A DNA stretch of 64,000 nt. It comes from Patescibacteria group bacterium (lineage in GTDB: Bacteria; Patescibacteriota; Patescibacteriia; Patescibacteriales; UBA12465). Positions within the stretch are counted from its first letter, which is position 1; every line of letters begins with the position of its first letter. The translations under genes were made by a program, and so were the position numbers. Positions 24,920 to 34,371 of this stretch are shown one piece after another. Where the stretch lies: contig JAQUAK010000002.1 in assembly GCA_028687275.1 (NCBI GenBank), positions 70,102 to 134,101 of the forward strand, written 5' to 3'. The notes below the pieces were generated by a model. The model made no database searches. It was not told where the DNA came from and was given only the letters and a program-made list of their open reading frames with translations.

Positions 24920-25300
24920 ATGTTATCATTTGTAAAAAAATCATTTCTCCTTATTTTTCCATCTTTATTATACGCCCAGAATGTAATGGCGGCTAATCTA
25001 AAAGATGCTTTTCCTAATGCTAAAAAAGTGGCTGACGCCGGATCATATGCCACTTATGATGATGGCTCAAATGTATTACTAAACAGTGCTCTTGGCAACA
25101 TAATAACAACCTTCTTATCACTTCTGGGGGTTATCTTTATTATTTTATCAATTTACGGTGGCTTTTTATATTTAACCTCTCGTGGAAACCAAGAACAAAC
25201 AAAAAAGGCTTTAAGTATTATTACCCAATCTTTAATTGGTCTAATTATTATTCTTTCTGCCTACGCTATTTCCTACTTTATTTTCAAATTTTTAGCCTAA
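24920..25300 (+). CDS. TrbC/VirB2-like pilin paralog 4
   Basis: FLYLTSRGNQEQTKKALSIITQSLIGLIII; same two-TM layout. Confidence 0.6.
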   Translation: MLSFVKKSFLLIFPSLLYAQNVMAANLKDAFPNAKKVADAGSYATYDDGSNVLLNSALGNIITTFLSLLGVIFIILSIYGGFLYLTSRGNQEQTKKALSIITQSLIGLIIILSAYAISYFIFKFLA

Positions 25301-25310
25301 AATTATCTTT

Positions 25311-25727
25311 ATGAATTTAAAATTAATAAAACTCTCTATATTCAGTCTATTACTATCACTCTTTTTATTTAATCTATCTCCAGTTCTAGCCCAAGAGACT
25401 AGCCTACTTAAAACAGAGCAGGGGCCAATGGAAATCTTGCAAGATGTTGCTGCCGGTGATTATGGCCCTTATTCTAGCACAACTAATGAAAATTCACTCA
25501 CCGCAGTTGTTGGCTTAGTTATAAATACGGCCCTAAGTCTTTTAGGGGTAATTTTCATTATTCTGATGGTCCTGGCTGGATATAATTGGATGACAGCTTC
25601 TGGTAGTCAGGAAAAAGTACAAGAAGCACAAGACACTATTAAAAGAGCTATAATCGGCTTGGTAATCGTAATTGGTTCTTGGGCTATTTGGAATTTCATT
25701 TTAGAAAATTTAATTGCCAATTTATAA
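25311..25727 (+). CDS. TrbC/VirB2-like pilin paralog 5
   Basis: Signal peptide ending VLAQ; YNWMTASGSQEKVQEAQDTIKRAIIGLVIV. Confidence 0.65.
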   Translation: MNLKLIKLSIFSLLLSLFLFNLSPVLAQETSLLKTEQGPMEILQDVAAGDYGPYSSTTNENSLTAVVGLVINTALSLLGVIFIILMVLAGYNWMTASGSQEKVQEAQDTIKRAIIGLVIVIGSWAIWNFILENLIANL

Positions 25728-25728
25728 T

Positions 25729-26145
25729 ATGAAAAATAAATTTAAAAATCTACTTATCTTTTCTCTATTACTCCTTATCCCATTGTTCTTTGTACACGCC
25801 CAAGAAGGTAGCACAAAAAAAAGTCTGGCAGAAACGGTTGGCGGACCAACTCAGAATGTACTAGCCAATACTAGTCTCAGTGATTTTAGTTTAGGAGCAA
25901 TAATAGCCATTGTTATTCAGGCGGCACTTGGTTTATTGGGCATAATTTTTGTAGTTATTATGGTTTTTGCTGGTTATCGCTGGATGACATCTGCTGGCAA
26001 CGAAGAAGCAGTTAAGACTTCACAACAAATGATAACTAGAGCCATTATTGGTTTAATTATTGTCTTAATGGCCTACGCCATAACTTACTTTGTTTTTGGA
26101 CAATTACCCTTCGGCGGTGGAGCGACTCAACCACCAGTTGTCTAA
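25729..26145 (+). CDS. TrbC/VirB2-like pilin paralog 6
   Basis: Track ORF 25714-26145; ATG 25729 (MKNKFKNL) avoids overlap with the upstream gene. YRWMTSAGNEEAVKTSQQMITRAIIGLIIV. Confidence 0.65.
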   Translation: MKNKFKNLLIFSLLLLIPLFFVHAQEGSTKKSLAETVGGPTQNVLANTSLSDFSLGAIIAIVIQAALGLLGIIFVVIMVFAGYRWMTSAGNEEAVKTSQQMITRAIIGLIIVLMAYAITYFVFGQLPFGGGATQPPVV

Positions 26146-26174
26146 TTAGTCATATTATATAATTTTGACAAAGA

Positions 26175-26207
26175 AAAAAGGCACCTATTAAAAACAGGTG
26201 CCTTTTT
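26175..26207. terminator. bidirectional hairpin between convergent genes
   Basis: AAAAAGGCACCT-ATTAAAAAC-AGGTGCCTTTTT. Confidence 0.7.
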
Positions 26208-26241
26208 AAAACAATCAGTACTTTGGTTTTATGCAGTTTAA

Positions 26242-26955
26242 TTAAAACCGCCCAAGCTGAGTTGCTTTAAAAGCATATTGTCTACCGTCATGGTAGTAAG
26301 CGATGTTTGGCATACCACCTGGTTTAGTGGTGGATTTTGCCTGAATTGTAGATGATCTAAAAGTCGCGGTGTAATTTCCAGGCATTTGAAAATCAAATTC
26401 CTGGATACTTGGGTTTTTTGAACTACCAGCTTCTAACGAGAACTCCCTGACAAAACCACCAGGTCCAGTCACTGTGACCTGTACCAGATAGTTCCAATAA
26501 TTCACAAGAATTCCTTTGAATCCTCGCTGACTATTAGTTTGTTCTCCGGACACAAAAGCATCAGCCACTCTAACCATGTAGTAAGCGTTTGCCATTGCCA
26601 TGGGATCTTTTGTATTAACGCTGATATTAGTTACCGGAGCGTTACTGACAAGCAGTTCATTTTTCTGCTCAATCAGTTTCTCAATCTGAGAAATTAAGAA
26701 GTCTCTCCTCGCTAAATTTTCATTTAGCATATTATTGGTTACTAGGTCTGCGTTTTTTTGGCTTTTAAAATTCAGCACCTGCAGATCCTTATCAAGCGCC
26801 TTCAAGTCTTTTTGCAAATCACTGATTTGCTGACTAATTTGCTCAGAAAGCTCAACCGGATTCATGCCACCAATATTGAATGATCCATACCTTCTTTGTC
26901 CTTGGACAAAAGTAACTGTTGCCATTAAAATAGCAATTAAAATGATTTTTTTCAT
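26242..26955 (-). CDS. hypothetical secreted protein with coiled-coil N-terminal half
   Basis: Signal peptide MKKIILIAILMATVTFVQG. Heptad-like segment, then a beta-rich C-terminal half. Confidence 0.45.
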   Translation of the reverse strand: MKKIILIAILMATVTFVQGQRRYGSFNIGGMNPVELSEQISQQISDLQKDLKALDKDLQVLNFKSQKNADLVTNNMLNENLARRDFLISQIEKLIEQKNELLVSNAPVTNISVNTKDPMAMANAYYMVRVADAFVSGEQTNSQRGFKGILVNYWNYLVQVTVTGPGGFVREFSLEAGSSKNPSIQEFDFQMPGNYTATFRSSTIQAKSTTKPGGMPNIAYYHDGRQYAFKATQLGRF

Positions 26956-27190
26956 GTCTTATGGTTTTTTTTGTTAATGTTCGTTGAAACTCTAAGTTCA
27001 AAGTGATGATTATTTATATCCCACTCAGAACTAATTACTATATCACATTTATTACAATATGTCAATGATTTATCCACAGCCCTATATTGACTTATGTAAT
27101 AAGACGTGCTATAAAGTAAGGTTGTCAAAATCCCTGATTGCTATTTAGTCTTTAGGGGTTTTTTAATTGACTTAATAATTCTACGCTAAT

Positions 27191-27808
27191 ATGAAAAAAA
27201 TCAAACTCAGCGAAGATCTAGTGCCCCTTAGTAGACGCCAGCATACGGCTTTAATCCTAGCGATTGCCTGTGTCTTTCAGTTTATGTTTTTCTTTGCGCC
27301 CATCCTATCGGCCCAAGCAATTACTTTAAACAATGATGATATTAAAATGGATGCCACTTCAAAGGGCAGCGCTGATCCGATTGTTAGCCAATTAATTGAA
27401 GATGCTAAAAATAATAATATAAAATTTGTAGATATCGAAAAAGATGCTCCTTTAAATGAGGGTGATAATTTATCACTTGAAGTAAAGCTACAGGTTTTAA
27501 GCGCTAGCACTCATACTATTACTGCCTATAATTCTGACCCTGCTCAAACTGATGACACTCCATGTATTACTGCCAACGGTTTTGATGTCTGTGAACACTG
27601 GCAAGAAGACACTATTGCTGCTAACTTTTTAAAGTTCGGGACTAAGGTTAGAATCCCTGAATTATATGGTGATAGAATATTTGTAGTGCGTGATCGCATG
27701 AATAAAAGATATACTAGTCGAGTTGATATTTGGATGAAAGAAAAGACTGATGCTCGTAGCTTTGGCGTTAAAGTGGCTAAAATAGAAGTAGTTGAATTTG
27801 TAAATTAA
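27191..27808 (+). CDS. 3D-domain (RlpA/MltA-like) cell-wall-associated protein
   Basis: TITAYNSDPAQTDDTPCITANG...VRIPELYGDRIFVVRDRMNKRYTSRVDIWM is the 3D-domain pattern. N-terminal TM/signal. Confidence 0.7.
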   Translation: MKKIKLSEDLVPLSRRQHTALILAIACVFQFMFFFAPILSAQAITLNNDDIKMDATSKGSADPIVSQLIEDAKNNNIKFVDIEKDAPLNEGDNLSLEVKLQVLSASTHTITAYNSDPAQTDDTPCITANGFDVCEHWQEDTIAANFLKFGTKVRIPELYGDRIFVVRDRMNKRYTSRVDIWMKEKTDARSFGVKVAKIEVVEFVN

Positions 27809-27825
27809 TAATTTTCAAAAAAATA

Positions 27826-27866
27826 TAAAAAATCCGCGTGCCAATTAAAAGACACGCGGATTTTTG
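27826..27866. terminator. bidirectional hairpin
   Basis: AATCCGCGTG-N12-CACGCGGATT with flanking A/T runs. Confidence 0.7.
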
Positions 27867-27881
27867 TTTGTATAAATTATT

Positions 27882-30290
27882 TTAGAAGAGAAATGATAAA
27901 AAACCTCTTCTCTTTAAAGATTTTTCCTTGATGGCTAAATTAAGTGTTGTTGGAACAATTGTATCTGGAATAAGGGAAATACTATCAATTCCAGCTGCCA
28001 TTAAAAATTCAGCAAACTCAGGGAAGTCACTCGGACCCTGTCCGCAAATACCAACTTTACGCTTACGTTTCTTTGCCACTGTAATTAAATTCTTAATCAT
28101 TATCTTAACTGCTTCATTTTTTTCATTAGCTAGACCCTCAATTTTAAGGGTACCGCCAGAATCACGATCAATACCTAACAATAATTGAGTTAAATCATTA
28201 GAACCAATGGAAAAGCCATCAAAAATATCACAGAACTTATCAGCTAAAATAATATTTGAAGGAATTTCAGCCATTACATAAATCTCTAGACCATTAACAC
28301 CTCTCTTTAAACCATTTTTAGCCATTATTTCTTGAACCTTTATTCCTTCTTCAATAGTGCGACAGAAAGGAACCATTATCTTTAAGTTGGTTAAACCGTA
28401 GTCATCCCGAACAATTTTCATGGCCTTACATTCAAGATTAAAAGCAGGCACAAATTGCTTGGCATAATAACGACTAGCGCCACGCCAACCAATCATTGGG
28501 TTTGATTCAAGTGGCTCAAATTCTTTACCACCAATTAAATTGGCATACTCATTGGTCTTAAAGTCAGACAAACGAACAATTACATCCTTAGGATGAAAGG
28601 CGGCAGCAATAATAGCAACTCCTTGTGCTAAACGATCAATAAAATATTGGGTCTTATCGGCATAACCAGCAGTTAGCCTATCAATTTCTTTAATTGCCTC
28701 CTTATCCTTTAAGTTGGGGTAATTGATTAAAGCTAGGGGATGAATTTTAATATAATTATTGATAATAAATTCCAATCTAGCTAAACCAACGCCATCGTTA
28801 GGTATAAATGATTGAGCAAAGGCCATTTCCGGTTCGCCCATATTCATCATTATTTTTGTTTTTGGTCTCTTTAGATTTTTAATATCTGTTGTTATAAGAG
28901 AAAAAGGAATTTTGCCTTCATAAACAAAGCCCTCTTCGCCTTCAGCACAGCTTACTGTAACCATTTGTTTATCTTTAAGCAATTTAGACCCATTATTAGT
29001 CCCCACTAAACAAGGGATGCCTAGTTCACGAGAAACAATAGCGGCATGACAAGTGCGCCCACCCTTATCGGTAATAATTGCCGAAGCTATTTTCATGATT
29101 GGCTCCCAGTCCGGATCAGTCATGTCAGTAACTAAAACCTCACCCGGCTTAAAGCTATGAATTTGTTTAACATCCATGATGCGACGAGTTTTACCAGCAC
29201 CAATCTTATTGCCAACGCTTTGTCCAGTTAAAAGTACCTTACCTCTCTTCTTTAAACGATATTCCTCAATAACTTGCAGATTACGGACACTTTGGACTGT
29301 CTCTGGCCTTGCTTGAATAATATATAACTGCTCATCACGTCCATCCATAGCCCATTCAATGTCCATAGGATGCCCATAGTGAGCCTCTATGTCCATTCCC
29401 CATTGAGCGAGTTGCTTTACCTGTTTATCTTTAATGGAAGCCTTTAAACGATCTTTGGCTGGAACCGGAATATTTTTAACTGGAGATTTTCCACCTTTAT
29501 TATAAATCATTTTAACAGCTTTTTTGCCAATTGAACGTGAAATAATAGCTAATGTTGGTTTAAATACATAATATTCATCTGGGTTAACCCTCCCTTGAAC
29601 AATATTTTCACCTAAACCATAAATGGAATTAATCAAAACTGTATTTTTAAAACCACTCTCAGTATCAATGGTAAACATAACCCCAGAAGAACCTAGATCT
29701 GACCTTATCATTTTTTGTACACCAACCGATAAGGCAATTGAAAAATGATCAAAACCCTTATCCTCACGATAAGAGATAGCTCGATCAGTAAATAAAGAAG
29801 CAATGCATTTTTTTACTGCCAACAAAAGTTCTTTTTCACCAACAATATTTAAGAAGGTTTCTTGTTGTCCAGCAAAAGAAGCGTCCGGCAAATCTTCCGC
29901 GGTAGCACTTGAACGAACCGCTACATCTAAATTCTTTACTTTACTCTCGGCTGAAAGACGTTTATAAGCAGCCACAATTTCTTTCTTGAAATCAACCGGC
30001 AATTGAACTGCTAAAATTGCACTTCTAACCATCTTGCCGTGAGCCATTAAATTACGGGTGTCTTTTGTGTCTAAGTCTTTTAGAATTTCCTTAATTTTTG
30101 TTTTTAGACCAGTGCTTTCTAAAAAATAATTGTAAGCATTGGCGGTAGTAGCAAAGCCATTGGGAACTTTTATTCCTTTATCTTTAAGCTTGCGATACAT
30201 CTCTCCTAAAGATGCATTTTTCCCTCCAACTGAAGGCACATCTTTAATAGATAGCTCTTCAAAAAAACGGATAAATTCAGGTTTGATCAT
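27882..30290 (-). CDS. ppsA: phosphoenolpyruvate synthase (pyruvate, water dikinase)
   Basis: 802 aa. N-terminal VGGKNASLGEM, phosphohistidine region GGRTCHAAIVSRELGIPCLVG, C-terminal PEP-utilising FSIGSNDLTQL. Confidence 0.9.
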   Translation of the reverse strand: MIKPEFIRFFEELSIKDVPSVGGKNASLGEMYRKLKDKGIKVPNGFATTANAYNYFLESTGLKTKIKEILKDLDTKDTRNLMAHGKMVRSAILAVQLPVDFKKEIVAAYKRLSAESKVKNLDVAVRSSATAEDLPDASFAGQQETFLNIVGEKELLLAVKKCIASLFTDRAISYREDKGFDHFSIALSVGVQKMIRSDLGSSGVMFTIDTESGFKNTVLINSIYGLGENIVQGRVNPDEYYVFKPTLAIISRSIGKKAVKMIYNKGGKSPVKNIPVPAKDRLKASIKDKQVKQLAQWGMDIEAHYGHPMDIEWAMDGRDEQLYIIQARPETVQSVRNLQVIEEYRLKKRGKVLLTGQSVGNKIGAGKTRRIMDVKQIHSFKPGEVLVTDMTDPDWEPIMKIASAIITDKGGRTCHAAIVSRELGIPCLVGTNNGSKLLKDKQMVTVSCAEGEEGFVYEGKIPFSLITTDIKNLKRPKTKIMMNMGEPEMAFAQSFIPNDGVGLARLEFIINNYIKIHPLALINYPNLKDKEAIKEIDRLTAGYADKTQYFIDRLAQGVAIIAAAFHPKDVIVRLSDFKTNEYANLIGGKEFEPLESNPMIGWRGASRYYAKQFVPAFNLECKAMKIVRDDYGLTNLKIMVPFCRTIEEGIKVQEIMAKNGLKRGVNGLEIYVMAEIPSNIILADKFCDIFDGFSIGSNDLTQLLLGIDRDSGGTLKIEGLANEKNEAVKIMIKNLITVAKKRKRKVGICGQGPSDFPEFAEFLMAAGIDSISLIPDTIVPTTLNLAIKEKSLKRRGFLSFLF

Positions 30291-30401
30291 AAAAATTATT
30301 TTAAATTATTTACTCTTAAAAAATGTAATTTTATTATAACACATTCTTTACTTTATTATAATTATACCTTAATATGTTATCAGATAAATACGAAAAGTCA
30401 T

Positions 30402-30483
30402 GCGGGCGTGGCGGAATTGGTAGACGCACTTGGTTTAGGACCAAGCGGGGAAACTCTTGAGAGTTCGAGTCTCTCCGCCCGCA
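30402..30483 (+). tRNA. tRNA-Leu (anticodon TAG)
   Basis: 82-nt type II tRNA. Anticodon stem CTTGG/CCAAG, loop TTTAGGA, T-arm GAGAGTTCGAGTCTCTC. Confidence 0.9.
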
Positions 30484-30501
30484 CAATTTAATTGCATAAT
30501 C

Positions 30502-31323
30502 ATGCTGACTCTATTGCACTCTTTTTACCCCACAAGCGTTTTATTAAAATTTGGCCCATTAACCATTCATTGGTATGGGCTCTGTTTAGTATTAGCGATA
30601 GGGGCAGCTATTCTCATAAGCATTAAACTAGGCAAGTATTATAATATCTCAAGAGAGACTATGCTTGATTTAGCAATTTATCTCATTATTGGTGGTATTT
30701 TAGGAGCTCGTATTTATGAAATATTTTTAGAATTTCCTTACTATTCTCATAATTTATTGGCTGTTATAAAAATTTGGGAGGGTGGTCTGGCAATCCATGG
30801 CGCCATTATTGGCGGTATTATTGCCGCCATTTATTTCGCTAAAAAAAATAAATTATCTTTAATTTATTTAATTGCTCTAGTCGTACCCGGCATGGCTATA
30901 GGTCAGGCAATTGGACGTTGGGGAAATTGGTTTAATCAAGAACTTTTTGGTCTACCCAGCAATCTTCCCTGGTCAATCCCTATCGAAACAATTAACAGGC
31001 CTTTTCAATACATTGATTCAGTCTATTTCCATCCTACTTTTTTATACGAAAGCCTAGGTTCATTGTTGATCTTTTTATTTTTATTTTTACTAACTTACTT
31101 GTGGCGAAAAAATTTAAAATTAAAACAAGCTAAAATTATTATTTTTGTTTATTTATTCTCCTATTCTATTTTACGTTTTAGTTTAGAGTTTATAAAAGTT
31201 GATCAGACACCGATATTTCTAGGTCTGCGTTGGCCACAAGTCGCTAGCTTAATTACAATTATAATCAGTTTTATTATTCTGCTTTCCATTTTTAAAAATA
31301 AGGTGAAATCTAAAACCATATGA
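30502..31323 (+). CDS. lgt: prolipoprotein diacylglyceryl transferase
   Basis: Track ORF starts at 30457 inside the tRNA; ATG 30502 is likelier. GRWGNWFNQELFG and HPTFLYESL motifs. Confidence 0.85.
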   Translation: MLTLLHSFYPTSVLLKFGPLTIHWYGLCLVLAIGAAILISIKLGKYYNISRETMLDLAIYLIIGGILGARIYEIFLEFPYYSHNLLAVIKIWEGGLAIHGAIIGGIIAAIYFAKKNKLSLIYLIALVVPGMAIGQAIGRWGNWFNQELFGLPSNLPWSIPIETINRPFQYIDSVYFHPTFLYESLGSLLIFLFLFLLTYLWRKNLKLKQAKIIIFVYLFSYSILRFSLEFIKVDQTPIFLGLRWPQVASLITIIISFIILLSIFKNKVKSKTI

Positions 31324-32501
31324 TACGTGAATTATCAGCTCATATTAATAACAAGAAAAGCCTAACCTTATTATATCTATTAGGAACAATTTTGGCTGTG
31401 GCAAACGCTTTGCCAACCTATATTCAATCAAGTTTTTTAGCTACAACACTATCCATTTCTTGGGTTAGTGTCTTTTTTGCCGGAGCTAATTTTATTACTA
31501 TAATTTCTATACTATTTTTCCCCCGCCTAATCAAAAAATTAGGTAATATTATTACCACTCAGTTCATTTTAGTAATTTTTATTTTTTCTTTATTGGGAAT
31601 GAGTCTTGCTTCTGGCCCTGTTAGTCTTTTTGTAGCCTTCTTAATGTTAAGTGTGTCCAGTAATCTTATTTGGATTAACATGGATATACTAGTAGAAAAT
31701 TTCTCCGACAATGCCACCACCGGAATAACTAGAACTATTTATTTTACGGCCATTAATCTGGGCTGGATTATAGCCCCAACCTTATCTAGTTATATTATTA
31801 ATAACGGTGGATACTACTGGGTATTTATCGCTGCTGCTGCTTGTCTAGTTCCATTTTTAATCATATTGATTAAAAACAAAGCTATGATTAGATACAATGA
31901 AGAGTATCAAGCAAAAAGCATTAAACAATCTTTTAAAGCTTTGTGGAATAATAAAAACTTACGCGGCATTTTCTTTATTGCTTTTTTATTAAACATTTTT
32001 ATTAGTAGCGCAGTTGTTTACATTCCTTTTTATCTACATAACAATCTTGGTTTTGATTGGTCTACCTTAGGTATTATGTTTTCAGTTATGCTGCTTCCAT
32101 TTATAATTTTTGAAATACCGGCGGGCTGGTTAGCAGATAAATACCTAGGAGAAAAAGAAATTATGACTACCGGGATTACTATTATTATTATTGCTTTAAT
32201 CTTATTTTTTAGCGTTAAAGAGTTAAACCCTTGGATATGGGGAGGAATATTATTTTTCAGTCGTATTGGGGCCTCTTTAGTTGAGGCGATGAGGGAAACA
32301 TACTTCTTTAAAATAGTTGACGCTCAAGATGTGAGTTATATTAATTTTTTCCGTATAACTGCTCCGCTAGGTATTTTAGTTGGAACCATCGTAGCAGGTA
32401 TTATTATAAATTTTTACCCCCTAGAATACCTTTTCTTATTTGTAGCTCTAATTATGTCCTCTGCTTATGTGTTTATCTATTCCATTAAAGATACTCTTTA
32501 A
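31320..32501 (+). CDS. MFS transporter
   Basis: About 12 TM helices in a 6+6 layout with a central basic loop. Confidence 0.65.
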   Translation: MIRELSAHINNKKSLTLLYLLGTILAVANALPTYIQSSFLATTLSISWVSVFFAGANFITIISILFFPRLIKKLGNIITTQFILVIFIFSLLGMSLASGPVSLFVAFLMLSVSSNLIWINMDILVENFSDNATTGITRTIYFTAINLGWIIAPTLSSYIINNGGYYWVFIAAAACLVPFLIILIKNKAMIRYNEEYQAKSIKQSFKALWNNKNLRGIFFIAFLLNIFISSAVVYIPFYLHNNLGFDWSTLGIMFSVMLLPFIIFEIPAGWLADKYLGEKEIMTTGITIIIIALILFFSVKELNPWIWGGILFFSRIGASLVEAMRETYFFKIVDAQDVSYINFFRITAPLGILVGTIVAGIIINFYPLEYLFLFVALIMSSAYVFIYSIKDTL

Positions 32502-32545
32502 ATTTGACGATTTATAAATAATCTTCTAAAATAACTCTAGCTTAA

Positions 32546-32617
32546 GCGGGTATCGTATAATGGCTTTTATGTCAGCCTTCCAAGCTGAAGATGGGGGTTC
32601 GATTCCCCCTACCCGCT
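32546..32617 (+). tRNA. tRNA-Gly (anticodon TCC)
   Basis: Acceptor GCGGGTA/TACCCGC, anticodon stem-loop TCAGC-CTTCCAA-GCTGA, T-arm GGGGGTTCGATTCCCCC. Terminator hairpin follows at 32623-32650. Confidence 0.85.
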
Positions 32618-32666
32618 CATACAAAAAGGCTCCTTTAGGAGCCTTTTTTTAAAAATTAAATGACTA

Positions 32667-33368
32667 TCAATATTGACCAAACTCATACTTAACTATCTTT
32701 TTTCTAATCGGGCCTCTAACTAAAAAATATACTCCTCCTTTAAACCACTTCCACAAAACTCTAACCATGCCTTCTTTTTCCAGGCGTCTAACAGAAAAAT
32801 ATAAAAAACTCGATATAATCATACGATAGCTGCCGGTCTTAGCTAAACGATTTATATAATCATAATCTTCACCAATAAAAATACTTTCATCAAAACCACC
32901 AACCTGATCATGTTTAACTTTTAAAGATAGCATTCCTACGCCGACAGAAGCGGGAAAAAAATACTGTCCCAGCCAACAAATTTTATGATAAAAAAAATCA
33001 AACAAAAGATATATTTTGCTACTTGAATTAAATTTTAAATAAAAACCAGCCACACTTAAGTCTCTAGATTTAAATTCATTATAAACAGCCGGTAAAAAAC
33101 CATCAGGCAAAGAAGTGTCTGCATCTAAAAAAAGGAGAACGTCCCCTTTGGCGATTTTAGCCCCTTGATTTCTTTGTCTTGCTGGAGATCTATTTTCATC
33201 ATCAACAAAAACACACTTTTCTGCAAGTGCAATCTCTTTTGTTTTATCCTCAGACTTACCGTCAGAAACAATAATTTCATAATCTGAAAAGCCCTGACTC
33301 TTAATGTCTCTTAAAATTTGAGGTAAATATTTTTCTTCATTTAAAGTCGGAATAATTATAGAAATCAT
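32667..33368 (-). CDS. family 2 glycosyltransferase
   Basis: ISIIIPTLNEEKYL, VSDGKSEDKT and LFLDADT (DxD) motifs. ATG at 33368 lies 2 nt after the upstream stop. Confidence 0.75.
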   Translation of the reverse strand: MISIIIPTLNEEKYLPQILRDIKSQGFSDYEIIVSDGKSEDKTKEIALAEKCVFVDDENRSPARQRNQGAKIAKGDVLLFLDADTSLPDGFLPAVYNEFKSRDLSVAGFYLKFNSSSKIYLLFDFFYHKICWLGQYFFPASVGVGMLSLKVKHDQVGGFDESIFIGEDYDYINRLAKTGSYRMIISSFLYFSVRRLEKEGMVRVLWKWFKGGVYFLVRGPIRKKIVKYEFGQY

Positions 33369-33369
33369 A

Positions 33370-34371
33370 TTAAAATAATTCGCGTGCAAAAAGCCAAAAA
33401 CTTTGATCATCATGTTTATATTGCCAGTACCACCACTCTACCCCCCAAAGATATGCTTTATTAAACTTAGTATCAAGTGCATACTGTAAATTTTCTTTAA
33501 ACTGCTGCACATCAAAAGAATATTTAGCCTCATTCTGCGATAGATATATAATCTTACCCTGAGGAACCCAGGGCTCTGCCTGTAACTCAATAATTACCCT
33601 GTTATCGGGTTTAATGCTGGCAAACCAAGCTTTAGCAGCATAAAACCAAGGCGGTATTGGATATTTCATATAGCCAATTGTTTTATTCCAAATGACTCGA
33701 TATATAGTTGTGCCAAATATATCACCATATTTGGCTTCCTTGAGCCACAAATTTAATTCACCTGGCCCGGAAACAATCACTGGACGCTTATCTAGTGATT
33801 TAACTAAGGCAACTTCTTGAGCAAAAAATTCTTCATTGCTAGGAGGACAAATACCAAAAGTATTTAAAAATGGCTCATTTTCTACTTGCCAATATTTTAT
33901 AGAAGAATTATCTTTATAGCGATTCACAGTTTTTTTAATCATTACCAGAGTGTCTGATCTAATGCTTTCCACGCTTTCCGTATTTGTCCAACTTGGAGCA
34001 TGACATTCTGGCCACCGAGGCAAGCGCCAACCAATATTAATTACAAAATTAACATTTCTCTTTGCCCCCTCAGTGATCATAAAATCATAATCACTATAAT
34101 CAAACACGCCTTTTGTGTTTTCAATTTCATCCCAATAAATAGGGAGTCTAATATTTTTTACCTTTAAATCATCAAGTATGGCCAAATACACCTCCTGCCA
34201 ATTTAACCCTATCTCTTCAGCATATTTTTTAGAATAGGTAATCCCAAAATATTCAGGATTTCTTTCGATTTTAATATCCTTGTTGTTATTTTTAAATATA
34301 CGAGTAAATATAGACAAACTAATCAACATAACAATAAAGGTTAGCCCAATTATTTTGTAAGAGGTTTTCAT
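33370..34371 (-). CDS. putative clan GH-A glycoside hydrolase, membrane-anchored
   Basis: N-terminal TM. TIM-barrel-like pattern with WQVENEP (catalytic NEP motif) and a later ELQAEPW. Confidence 0.4.
   Translation of the reverse strand: MKTSYKIIGLTFIVMLISLSIFTRIFKNNNKDIKIERNPEYFGITYSKKYAEEIGLNWQEVYLAILDDLKVKNIRLPIYWDEIENTKGVFDYSDYDFMITEGAKRNVNFVINIGWRLPRWPECHAPSWTNTESVESIRSDTLVMIKKTVNRYKDNSSIKYWQVENEPFLNTFGICPPSNEEFFAQEVALVKSLDKRPVIVSGPGELNLWLKEAKYGDIFGTTIYRVIWNKTIGYMKYPIPPWFYAAKAWFASIKPDNRVIIELQAEPWVPQGKIIYLSQNEAKYSFDVQQFKENLQYALDTKFNKAYLWGVEWWYWQYKHDDQSFWLFARELF

Noticed and set aside
23564-26145. Pilin cluster considered as part of a conjugative type IV secretion locus
   Set aside because: No VirB4/VirD4 ATPases, VirB6/8/9/10-like proteins or relaxase occur anywhere in the 64 kb. 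Only the pilin-like subunits are present.
27070-27078. Perfect DnaA box TTATCCACA upstream of the 3D-domain gene, considered as an origin element
   Set aside because: It is a single isolated box with no neighbouring boxes or AT-rich unwinding tract. The clustered boxes next to dnaA are the better oriC candidate.
30457-30501. Track start of lgt at 30457 (also GTG 315 for lspA, 37642 for trxB, 41335 for rnpA, 63660 for the CsoR-family gene)
   Set aside because: These extended starts overlap a tRNA, an upstream gene or a promoter. Internal ATGs give N-termini that match the respective families.
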